From positions 169,259-233,258 of the forward strand of contig JAMCTH010000003.1 in NCBI GenBank assembly GCA_023379025.1: a DNA stretch of 64,000 nt, read 5' to 3'. Under the pieces are notes generated by a model that worked only from the letters and a program-made list of their open reading frames with translations, ran no database searches and was not told where the DNA came from. The stretch comes from Patescibacteria group bacterium (GTDB taxonomy: Bacteria > Patescibacteriota > Microgenomatia > UBA10105 > UBA927). Every line of letters begins with the position of its first letter. Position 1 is the stretch's first letter. Of the stretch, positions 55,755 to 64,000 are shown piece by piece. The position numbers and the translations under genes are program-made.

Positions 55755-56521
55755 AGATGTAGCGGGATAAGCTCGTCAATCGCCTGTTTCATAATAAGAA
55801 TATGATGATGGGCAAGAACGTCATAGGCATTCAAATTTTTTGCGGGAAGAATGGTCAACCCGCCGATATTCCCGGCACCGCGCCTGATTGCCGGCGCTTT
55901 CATGCCGGTGATAAGCAGTGTCTTTCCCGATACCAGGTACGTTGAGAGCGCCTGGGCCATCAGCTTCGTTTTCGGTTCCAGCTCCTCCAGTCCGGCAATG
56001 ACCGTCACAGCATGATCTCTCAGTTTTTGTGTCAGAGCTACGGCGAGCGCTTTCCGGCGCATCTGTTTCGTCATTTCCAGGTGATAATTTCTCGGACGCG
56101 GACCGAACACAATGCCGCCTCCCACGAAAATGGGCGCCCGGATAGCACCGTGTCGTGCCCTGCCCGTACCCTTCTGGCGGAAGAGCTTTCGGGTGGAGCC
56201 TTCAACCTCTGAGCGTGTTTTTGTCGATGCACCCCCGATCCGTGTGTTTGTGCGGTAAACACGGACCGCCTGAGCAAGAAGCATCATGTTCAGCTTGGCA
56301 TCAAAAAGTTCTTCGGGAAGCGCCGTGGTGCCGCCTGCTTTCCCGTCTGTTCCCACAACCGGTACCGATACTCCTTCTCCCGCCTTTTTCTTGGATGCCT
56401 TCCTGACACGCGGCGCCGCCTGTTTATCGGCAGCAGGGGCCGGAGGTGCGTTCCGTTTCGCTTTCAGAGACGGTTTTCCGGAATGTATTCGCCTTGCATT
56501 TTTATTACGGGCATCTTCCAT
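55751..56521 (-). CDS. rplD: 50S ribosomal protein L4 with a basic N-terminal extension
   Basis: TKTRSEV, RQKGTGRARHG and GGGIVFGP. Confidence 0.95.
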   Translation of the reverse strand: MEDARNKNARRIHSGKPSLKAKRNAPPAPAADKQAAPRVRKASKKKAGEGVSVPVVGTDGKAGGTTALPEELFDAKLNMMLLAQAVRVYRTNTRIGGASTKTRSEVEGSTRKLFRQKGTGRARHGAIRAPIFVGGGIVFGPRPRNYHLEMTKQMRRKALAVALTQKLRDHAVTVIAGLEELEPKTKLMAQALSTYLVSGKTLLITGMKAPAIRRGAGNIGGLTILPAKNLNAYDVLAHHHILIMKQAIDELIPLHL

Positions 56522-56523
56522 AG

Positions 56524-57147
56524 TCAGCGCTCTTTCCTGATAATCAGAAAACTCTCCCTCGGACCGGGCACAAGTCCTTGTACCGTAATTGTGTGTGTAT
56601 TACTATCGACAGCAACGACGGAAAGCCCGCGTACCGTGACGCGGTCATTCCCCATCCGGCCGGCCATCCGTTTGCCGCGGTATACCCGGCCCGGGGTCGT
56701 CGTTTGCCCGATGGATCCCGGCGCACGCTCCCGGTCGGATTGGCCGTGCGTCCTCGGACCTCCTGCAAAACCATGGCGTTTCACTCCTCCCGCAAACCCC
56801 TTCCCTTTGGAAATTCCCGACACCATGATGCGGTCTCCCGGCGAAAAAATATCCGCGATGTGCACTTCAGTACCCGGTTTATCCTGTTCACCGATCTCTG
56901 ATACCTTGACAGACCGTAAAAAACGGAGCTTTTGTGGAAGCCCCGCCTTTTTTTGGTGTCCCTCCTGCGCTTTCGTGAGGTGTTTTGCAATGCCGAACCC
57001 GATCTCGATACGTTTGAGGGACGGCGTATGCTCTACCCGGGTAATCCAAGAGGGACCTGCAACGATCGTCGTGACGGGTATCCTCCGGCCGTCGCCGGTA
57101 AATCGTTGTCCCTGTTCTTTCTTATATCCGAGAAGTGATGTAAGCAT
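56524..57147 (-). CDS. rplC: 50S ribosomal protein L3
   Basis: SKGKGFAG, RAPGSIG and KRMAG. Start taken at MLTSLLG. Confidence 0.96.
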   Translation of the reverse strand: MLTSLLGYKKEQGQRFTGDGRRIPVTTIVAGPSWITRVEHTPSLKRIEIGFGIAKHLTKAQEGHQKKAGLPQKLRFLRSVKVSEIGEQDKPGTEVHIADIFSPGDRIMVSGISKGKGFAGGVKRHGFAGGPRTHGQSDRERAPGSIGQTTTPGRVYRGKRMAGRMGNDRVTVRGLSVVAVDSNTHTITVQGLVPGPRESFLIIRKER

Positions 57148-57185
57148 AGTATGTATTGGAATATGTATGACCCGTCCATGTTCAC

Positions 57186-57212
57186 AAAAAAGCGACCTCG
57201 GCTGAGGTCGTT
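57186..57212 (-). terminator. Intrinsic terminator between rpsJ and rplC
   Basis: ACGACCTC-AGCC-GAGGTCGC-TTTTTT on the minus strand. Confidence 0.75.
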
Positions 57213-57326
57213 CCAAACCCATCCGAGACTTTTGGCGTACCCTAGAATATGACGTGTCCGACGGTCATACAGGCGATAGAAGTATACCAAAGTATCTGCG
57301 AAAACTCCAATGACTGCCTCTGCATC

Positions 57327-57635
57327 TCACATTTTAATCTCTACATCCACCCCCGCGGGCAGATCCAGATGCATGAGCTGGTCTATGGTTTTATCTGTCG
57401 GTTCTATAATATCAATAAGCCGCTTATGCGTTTTAATCATAAAGTCCTCACGGCTGTTCCGGTCGATAAACGGGCTCCGGGCAACATTAAAATGTGCCGT
57501 ATCCGTCGGAAGCGGAATCGGCCCCACGACACGGGCACCCGTCCGTACGGCGGTATCCAATATCCGCTGACAGCAGTCATCAATGACGCGGCTGTCATAC
57601 GCTTTTAAACGTACACGTATTCTTCCTTTTGGCAT
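57327..57635 (-). CDS. rpsJ: 30S ribosomal protein S10
   Basis: [16 protein letters not shown] and THKRLIDI. Confidence 0.97.
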   Translation of the reverse strand: MPKGRIRVRLKAYDSRVIDDCCQRILDTAVRTGARVVGPIPLPTDTAHFNVARSPFIDRNSREDFMIKTHKRLIDIIEPTDKTIDQLMHLDLPAGVDVEIKM

Positions 57636-57689
57636 GGCGTAAGACTGTCCTCGACAGGTACACGACAGGATGTAACGGATCTCTCAGAT

Positions 57690-58877
57690 TCAGGCGATAA
57701 TTTTCGTCACGACGCCGGCGCCTACCGTATGCCCGCCTTCACGGACAGCAAACCGGACGCCTTCTTCAAGGGCAACCGGTACGATAAGCTTGACCGTCAT
57801 CTTCGTACTGTCTCCGGGCATCACCATCTCGACTCCCTGGGGAAGGGCAACCTCTCCGGTGACATCCGTCGTCCGTATGTAGAACTGCGGGCGGTACCCC
57901 GTAAAGAAGGGCGTGTGTCGTCCGCCTTCTTCTTTGGCGAGAATGTAGACTTCCGCTTCAAACTCCGTATGGGGCTTGACCGTGCCGGGAGCCGCCAATA
58001 CCTGACCGCGCTCCACCTGGTCTTTCTCTATCCCCCGGAGGAGGACGCCGATATTGTCTCCCGCCTGGCCTTCGTCCAGAAGCTTCCGGAACATCTCAAC
58101 GCCGGTGACGACGGTCGACTGCGTCGGCCGGATGCCGACTATTTCCATCGTGTCATTCACCTTTACCTTCCCGCGCTCAACCCGGCCGGTCACAACCGTA
58201 CCCCTTCCTTTGATGGAAAATACATCTTCTATCGGCATAAGGAACGGTTTGTCGAGGTCGCGGATAGGCGTCGGTATATACTCATCTACCGCCTTCATGA
58301 GATCAAGGATCGCTTTTTCCGCTTCCGGGTCTCCCTGAATTGCCTTCAGAGCGCTGCCCCGGATGACGGGGACCTTGTCGCCCGGGAACTTGTACTTGGT
58401 CAGAAGCTCGCGCACTTCCATCTCCACGAGATCGAGAAGTTCTTTGTCCTGCACCATGTCGCACTTGTTCATGAAGACGACGATGGCCGGCACGTTCACC
58501 TGACGCGCAAGGAGGATGTGCTCCCTGGTTTGCGGCATGGGGCCGTCCGGCGCGGATACGACGAGGATCGCCCCGTCCATCTGAGCGGCACCCGTAATCA
58601 TGTTTTTGATATAATCCGCGTGACCCGGGGCATCAATGTGCGCATAATGGCGCGTATCCGTTTCGTATTCGGAATGGTGGATATTGATCGTGACGCCGCG
58701 CGCTTTTTCTTCCGGCGCGTTATCTATTTCTTCGTATTTGAGGGCTTTGGCCTTTCCCTGTTTGGCCAATACGTGGGTAATTGCCGAGGTCAGGGTGGTT
58801 TTCCCGTGGTCAACATGACCGATGGTACCGATATTGAGATGCGGTTTGCTGCGCGCGTACTTTTGTTGATCTGCCAT
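57690..58877 (-). CDS. tuf: Elongation factor Tu
   Basis: [13 protein letters not shown] and NKCD; SD AAGGAG. Confidence 0.98.
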   Translation of the reverse strand: MADQQKYARSKPHLNIGTIGHVDHGKTTLTSAITHVLAKQGKAKALKYEEIDNAPEEKARGVTINIHHSEYETDTRHYAHIDAPGHADYIKNMITGAAQMDGAILVVSAPDGPMPQTREHILLARQVNVPAIVVFMNKCDMVQDKELLDLVEMEVRELLTKYKFPGDKVPVIRGSALKAIQGDPEAEKAILDLMKAVDEYIPTPIRDLDKPFLMPIEDVFSIKGRGTVVTGRVERGKVKVNDTMEIVGIRPTQSTVVTGVEMFRKLLDEGQAGDNIGVLLRGIEKDQVERGQVLAAPGTVKPHTEFEAEVYILAKEEGGRHTPFFTGYRPQFYIRTTDVTGEVALPQGVEMVMPGDSTKMTVKLIVPVALEEGVRFAVREGGHTVGAGVVTKIIA

Positions 58878-58943
58878 AGTCCTCCTTTTTACAAAAAATC
58901 ACTCCGCCCTATGGAAAGAGCGTATGATGCATTCTACCATAGG

Positions 58944-61049
58944 CTATACGTGTTTGGCAATAATCTTCTCCGCGATGTTTCTCGGGACTTCTTCGTAATG
59001 GCTTGGTTCCATGTAATACGTCGCTCTGCCTTTGGACATACTCCGCAGAGTCGTCGCATAGCCGGATAGCTCCGCAAGCGGTACCATAGCCATAATAACG
59101 GTGACGGTCCCACGCTTTTGCGTTCCGAGAATCTGCGCGCGTTTGGCGCCGAGGTCGCCGATCACATCGCCCATAAATTCATCGGGTGTCGTCACCTCGG
59201 TCTTCATGATCGGTTCGAGAAGCACGGGTTGCGCCTGCTTTACCGCGCTCTGAAGCGCCATACTCCCCGCTATTTTAAAGGCTATTTCCGAACTGTCGAC
59301 ATCGTGATAGGTGCCGTCATAGAGCGTCACCGTCATATCGACCATGGTGTACCCTGCCAGGACGCCGTTTTCCATCGATTCCTTAACGCCTTTCTCAACG
59401 GCAGGGATGAACTCGTTGGGAATCGCGCCTCCTTTTATGGCATCGACAAATTCATACCCCTCCCCGCGGTTCTTCGGTTCAACCCGGAGGAAACAGTGCC
59501 CGTATTGGCCCCGTCCGCCGGACTGGCGGATGTATTTTCCCTCCCCCTCAGCCGTGGCTTTGATGGTTTCCTTGTACGCAACCTGCGGCGCGCCGACATT
59601 GGCATCCACCTTAAACTCCCGTTTCATCCGGTCCACGAGGATCTCGAGGTGCAGCTCTCCCATGCCCCAGATAATCGTCTGGTTCGTTTCCAGATTGGAT
59701 TTGATTTTGAACGTCGGATCTTCTTCCGCAAGCCGCTGAAGGGCGTATCCCATTTTTTCCTGGTCGTTTTTGGTTTTGGGCTCAATGGCGAGCGAAATGA
59801 CCGGATCGGGGAAGGAAATTTTTTCGAGGATAATGGGGCGGCCGGCGGCGCAAATGGTATCACCCGTAATCGTGTCCTTGAACCCGACCACTGCCACGAT
59901 TTCCCCCGCATATGCTTCTTTAATTTCCTCGCGCTGGTTTGCGTGCATAAGAAGCAGTCTGCCGACCCGTTCCTGCACACCTTTGGTGGAATTATACGTG
60001 TAGGAACCGGAGGCAAGCGTGCCTGAATAGATGCGCACGTAGGTAAGTTTTCCGACATGGGGGTCAATCTGGATCTTAAACGCAAGTCCGGAAAGCGCCT
60101 CTTCGTTGACCCGTTTTCTCGTTTCTTTCTCTCCGGTTTTGGGGTGTGTCCCTTCAACCGGCGGCAAATCCAAGGGGGACGGCAGGTAATCAATAACCGC
60201 GTCCAGAAGCGGCTGGACGCCTTTGTTCCGGAGGCTCGAGCCGGCATAGACCGGAACGAGTTTGTATGCAATGACGGCGCGACGGAGCGCTGCCTTGAGT
60301 TCATCGACTGACGGCTCAACACCGTCAAGATACTTCGCAAGAAGCGTATCATCCGTTTCCGATATGCGTTCTATCAGGTCGTGCCTGCTTTTCCCGACCG
60401 CTGCCTTGAGTTTTTCCGGGATAGTGTCCGATACCTCAAATTGTGCGCCCAATGCATCACTGCCCCAGACATACACTTTTCCCCCCAGAAGATCCACGAT
60501 TCCCTTAAAGTCATGCTCTTTCCCTATGGGCTCCACCATAACGGCAGTTCTTGCTCCGAGACGTTCTTCGATGGATGCGATGGTGCTTCTGAAATCCGCG
60601 CCGATCTTATCCATCTTATTGATGAAACAGAGCCGCGGGACCTTGTATTTATCCGCCTGATGCCAGACGGTTTCGGACTGGGACTGAACCCCCTCCTCCG
60701 CATCCAGGACCGTAATGCCGCCGTCCAATACGCGCAGACTGCGCTCAACTTCCGCGGTAAAGTCCACGTGTCCGGGTGTGTCGATGATGTTAAAGCGGTA
60801 ATTTTTCCAGAAGGTGGTGGTGGCCGCAGAAACGATGGTAATCCCGCGCTCGCGCTCCTGTTCCATCCAGTCCATGACCGTCGTCCCCTCATCGATATCC
60901 CCGATTTTGTAACTTCTGCCGGTATAAAAGAGGATGCGTTCGGTGGTTGTTGTTTTTCCCGCGTCAATATGCGCAATAATGCCGATATTGCGCACTTTAT
61001 CCAGAGGAACATCGCGGTTGAGCGTGAGCTGTGTTTGCGGTTGGGCCAT
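58944..61049 (-). CDS. fusA: Elongation factor G
   Basis: [23 protein letters not shown] and GMGELHL. Confidence 0.98.
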   Translation of the reverse strand: MAQPQTQLTLNRDVPLDKVRNIGIIAHIDAGKTTTTERILFYTGRSYKIGDIDEGTTVMDWMEQERERGITIVSAATTTFWKNYRFNIIDTPGHVDFTAEVERSLRVLDGGITVLDAEEGVQSQSETVWHQADKYKVPRLCFINKMDKIGADFRSTIASIEERLGARTAVMVEPIGKEHDFKGIVDLLGGKVYVWGSDALGAQFEVSDTIPEKLKAAVGKSRHDLIERISETDDTLLAKYLDGVEPSVDELKAALRRAVIAYKLVPVYAGSSLRNKGVQPLLDAVIDYLPSPLDLPPVEGTHPKTGEKETRKRVNEEALSGLAFKIQIDPHVGKLTYVRIYSGTLASGSYTYNSTKGVQERVGRLLLMHANQREEIKEAYAGEIVAVVGFKDTITGDTICAAGRPIILEKISFPDPVISLAIEPKTKNDQEKMGYALQRLAEEDPTFKIKSNLETNQTIIWGMGELHLEILVDRMKREFKVDANVGAPQVAYKETIKATAEGEGKYIRQSGGRGQYGHCFLRVEPKNRGEGYEFVDAIKGGAIPNEFIPAVEKGVKESMENGVLAGYTMVDMTVTLYDGTYHDVDSSEIAFKIAGSMALQSAVKQAQPVLLEPIMKTEVTTPDEFMGDVIGDLGAKRAQILGTQKRGTVTVIMAMVPLAELSGYATTLRSMSKGRATYYMEPSHYEEVPRNIAEKIIAKHV

Positions 61050-61059
61050 AGAGTGACAG

Positions 61060-61090
61060 AAAACAAAAAACTGCCTCCGCCGGAAGCAGT
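61060..61090 (-). terminator. Terminator-like hairpin immediately upstream of fusA
   Basis: AACTGCTTCC-GGC-GGAGGCAG-TTTTTTGTTTT. Confidence 0.7.
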
Positions 61091-61133
61091 TCTGCTTCAA
61101 TCATTGCATTGTACCGGATTGCCGGCGGTTTGT

Positions 61134-61865
61134 CTAGGTAAGATTGCCCCGAAGGAGGATGGAAATATCGTCCTTCTGGGTCTTTTTTTCATCAATCGCA
61201 AGATATAGATTCTCTAGAAACTGTTGTTGCGACCGGGGTTGTTGCGCTATGCTTGCAATCCGATTGATTTCTTCAAGAGAGAGAACATCTCGCATGCCGT
61301 CGGTGATGAACAACACCGGGGTTGCAGACGATAGAATCAGCATGTCCGGGGTACAACTGTAAGGATCTCCTTCCTGTTTTAATGATGAATTACCGAAAAA
61401 CCGTGCGACATTGCTGTTATAAACCGCCGGGTCAAGCCTATGGTCAGATATTTCCTCGGGTTGTAGCCATTGCCCTCCATTCCAGGTATAGGTCGACACA
61501 TCGCCGACGGAAACCACCAGATCCTGGGCTGCAGTATGTATGAAAAACACGCCGACGGCTGTCGCGTAATTCGGAAATTGTTCAAATACCAGTCTGTCCA
61601 TTTCCCCTGTTGCGTATGTGGCTTTCTCCTGCGGTGATTCCTGGGTTGCTGCACGGTAAAGCTTGGGAAATGTTGCGGCCACGAGTTCGGCGACCTGACG
61701 TCCGGGCTGATCACCGGGAAGATATGCCGTATCATTCCATCCGTCGACAATTGCAGCTGCATACTCCCCTTTTCCCGTCCAATGCAGCCGCATGACATCC
61801 TGGTTGCGGACGGCGGGAATCTGCACATACGCAAGCTGGTATTCAGGGATAAACTGAGCGACCAT
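61134..61865 (-). CDS. Divergent PP2C/PPM-family phosphatase
   Basis: RNQD, IVDG, VGDV, ITDG and KDDIS metal-binding motifs in the PPM order. Confidence 0.75.
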   Translation of the reverse strand: MVAQFIPEYQLAYVQIPAVRNQDVMRLHWTGKGEYAAAIVDGWNDTAYLPGDQPGRQVAELVAATFPKLYRAATQESPQEKATYATGEMDRLVFEQFPNYATAVGVFFIHTAAQDLVVSVGDVSTYTWNGGQWLQPEEISDHRLDPAVYNSNVARFFGNSSLKQEGDPYSCTPDMLILSSATPVLFITDGMRDVLSLEEINRIASIAQQPRSQQQFLENLYLAIDEKKTQKDDISILLRGNLT

Positions 61866-62011
61866 ACGGGTGTTGATCCATTATACTCATTTCGCTTGGC
61901 TTTTTTTACGTACCTCTTTTGAGTACCATGCGCGGTCACCGGCACGCCTCAGCCGTATTATTGTATGATATCGTACAGATCGCCGGACGGAAAAACGGCT
62001 ATGATGGATCC

Positions 62012-62461
62012 ATGAAAAACAAAACAGCCCTGACATCCGGTGTAGCGCTCAATCGGGCACTCTTTCTCCTCTCGCTTCTTGGTATCGCGATAGCCGTCTA
62101 TGTCCTCGAAGGGTGGCTGCGGAAAAGTTCCCTGATCTGTCTGACCGGCGGCGGGTGCGCCCTTGTCCAAAAAAGCCCGTACAGCTACCCGTTCGGCATA
62201 CCCGTTCCCGCAATCGGGCTTCTCGGCTACAGCATCCTTGCAGTTCTGTCGCTTCTTCACACGCTGGGTACGAAACGCTGGATACTCTCCGGGCTCTTGG
62301 GAATGGCAGGCTTCGGCGTTGTGTTTGTCTCCTGGTTTACGTTCATGGAAGTATTTTACATCCGTGGACTCTGTACATGGTGCATCCTTTCCGCCCTCAA
62401 CATGATCATCATATTTATGATCGTGCTCCGTCTCTATCGCCTTGACAAAGGTATACAATAG
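62012..62461 (+). CDS. Vitamin K epoxide reductase (VKOR) family protein
   Basis: CLTGGGC..V..SPYS, four TM helices and CTWC. Confidence 0.9.
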   Translation: MKNKTALTSGVALNRALFLLSLLGIAIAVYVLEGWLRKSSLICLTGGGCALVQKSPYSYPFGIPVPAIGLLGYSILAVLSLLHTLGTKRWILSGLLGMAGFGVVFVSWFTFMEVFYIRGLCTWCILSALNMIIIFMIVLRLYRLDKGIQ

Positions 62462-62535
62462 AAGAAAAGACACGGGGTCGGGGCAGGGCACTACCTCTTG
62501 CGGGTTTTGTACCGTCCCAGAACAGAGGAGGGACT

Positions 62536-63282
62536 ATGTTTGATTTAACCGGAAAGGTTGCTTTGGTCACCGGAGCCTCAAGCGGCATCGGCCGGGGCAT
62601 CGCATTTGCACTTGCCAGCCAAGGCGCGAAAGTTTCCGTTGCCGCAAGGCGTTTGGACAGACTGGAAGCATTATCGGCAGAACTGAAAGGCAGGAACCAC
62701 GATGTCCTACCCCTCAAAATGGATGTAACGGTACGGACGGAGGTGGATGCCGCTGTTGCGAAAACCATAGAAACATACGGTCACTTGGATATTCTGGTCA
62801 ATAACGCAGGAGCGCTCGATTATTCGCCGTTTCTCGAAATGACGGAAGAAAAATGGGACCTCATCCTCGACACCAACCTCAAGGGCTATTTCTTCATGGC
62901 CCAGGCGGCGGCCCGGGAAATGGCCAAACGGAACTCCGGCCGGATCATCAATATTGCCTCCGTTGCATCCGGCGGGGTCGGAATCGGGTTCCCACAGCTC
63001 GTGCATTACTGCGCAAGCAAGGGCGGGGTTGTCGCCATGACGGAGGCTCTGGCTGCAGAACTCGGTCAATACAATATCCTGGTCAATGCCGTCGGCCCGG
63101 GCGGCATAGAGTCGGAAATGACCAGGGACATGGACGCAGGCTCGATTGCCGGACGGCTCTCGGTCAAGCGGTTGGGGAAACCCGCCGAAATCGCTGCCGC
63201 CGTGGTATACCTTGCGTCGGACGAAGCAAGCTATACAACCGGTGCGACACTCTATGTGGACGGCGGATGGCTCGCGCAATAA
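62536..63282 (+). CDS. Short-chain dehydrogenase/reductase (FabG-like)
   Basis: TGASSGIG, NNAG and YCASK. Confidence 0.93.
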   Translation: MFDLTGKVALVTGASSGIGRGIAFALASQGAKVSVAARRLDRLEALSAELKGRNHDVLPLKMDVTVRTEVDAAVAKTIETYGHLDILVNNAGALDYSPFLEMTEEKWDLILDTNLKGYFFMAQAAAREMAKRNSGRIINIASVASGGVGIGFPQLVHYCASKGGVVAMTEALAAELGQYNILVNAVGPGGIESEMTRDMDAGSIAGRLSVKRLGKPAEIAAAVVYLASDEASYTTGATLYVDGGWLAQ

Positions 63283-63324
63283 AGCCCACCACAGAGGAAA
63301 AAGCTGCCCGCGGGATCCTGAGCT

Positions 63325-63633
63325 TCACGGTGTCCAGAGGCAGGTATGCAAATCTACTTTGTAGGTCCTTACCGTAACTCCCTCGGACCGAAGTTTTTGT
63401 GCCTGGGCGTTCATTCCTCCAAAGGCATACCCCCGGGCTACGTATCCCAGACGATTCACTACCCGGTGACAGGGAATATGTTCGGGATCCGGGTTACGAT
63501 GGAGTATTTGTCCTACAGTGCGGGGGTTTTTGACCCTTGCAAGCAGGGCTACCCCTTTGTATGTGAGAACGTGACCCCGCGGAATCTGCCTCACAACGGT
63601 AAATACCCGCTCTCTGGGACGCCTTGTATTCAT
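63325..63633 (-). CDS. O6-alkylguanine-DNA alkyltransferase (MGMT family, single domain)
   Basis: IPRG..TY, PRTVG and PCHRVV. Confidence 0.9.
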   Translation of the reverse strand: MNTRRPRERVFTVVRQIPRGHVLTYKGVALLARVKNPRTVGQILHRNPDPEHIPCHRVVNRLGYVARGYAFGGMNAQAQKLRSEGVTVRTYKVDLHTCLWTP

Positions 63634-63748
63634 TTGTATGCTATATTACATTGTACCATAGGAGACCGTAGCATCACGCCCCGGGTTGACGGTGCAGAGA
63701 CCGAACTCTCTGCGTTTACCCCCGGCTGACGGGAGGTGCGACAGCACT

Positions 63749-64000
63749 TCAGTAGGTCAGGTCCGGAAAATTGCGGCACCGGCCGTTATGCCCTGCTTTC
63801 AGTTCCGGAACGGGCGGGGCGCCTTCTTCAAGAAACGCCGTGATATCCAGAAGAAACGGTGCAGTCAGCGCATCTATCCGTGACCCGGGCGTAAGCGGTG
63901 CAAGACAGTGGTCCAGATCGTCTATAGTATAGAGGTCTGCTTCGCATATCTGTTCATCAGTCCATCCCCGTGCTTTGGCATAAAAGCTATTCCTGTCGGC
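63749..64000 (-). CDS. C-terminal part of a hypothetical protein (enters from the window end)
   Basis: 83 open codons ending at TGA 63749; no family recognised. Confidence 0.45.
   Translation of the reverse strand, partial: ADRNSFYAKARGWTDEQICEADLYTIDDLDHCLAPLTPGSRIDALTAPFLLDITAFLEEGAPPVPELKAGHNGRCRNFPDLTY

Noticed and set aside
57729-61208. Long plus-strand ORFs opposite tuf and fusA (likewise 33253-34824, 38992-40122 and 13617-14663)
   Set aside because: These are antisense shadows of conserved genes with biased codon usage; they show no motifs or start signals.
61866-61945. Lys-rich stretch as a remnant of the rpsL C-terminus
   Set aside because: No S12 motif is present; the region reads as the promoter (TATAAT) of the PP2C-like gene.

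Overview
The window is a gene-dense stretch of bacterial chromosome, most likely Patescibacteria/CPR of the Microgenomates type. That assignment is inferred from the missing rpmD between rpsE and rplO, the compact AspRS and several CPR-style hypothetical proteins. About 21 kb (40.5-61 kb, minus strand) holds the fusA-tuf-S10-spc-alpha-rplM/rpsI translation cluster. The rest carries housekeeping genes (mutY fragment, era, gltX, a D,D-carboxypeptidase, aspS, recJ, cca, secDF, comM, miaAB, hup, rny, recX, recA), RNase P RNA, tRNA-Pro(GGG), an ABC exporter with four permeases interrupted by a VirD4-like ATPase, and a small AT-rich island. No CRISPR array, rRNA, integrase or transposase was recognised. 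The most interesting signals, all read by eye without database searches, are: (1) a four-helix-bundle gene bracketed by inverted short-period repeats, with related empty repeat arrays at many gene junctions and in-frame inside recJ and miaB; (2) one palindromic element inserted in-frame in both aspS and recJ; (3) a UbiB/ABC1 kinase with altered family motifs flanked by two paralogous small membrane proteins; (4) an AspRS fused to a YbaK-family deacylase domain; (5) attenuator-like leaders, including a leaderless uORF with UNN codons in front of miaB-miaA; (6) pervasive leaderless gene starts, including an 18-bp bidirectional promoter.
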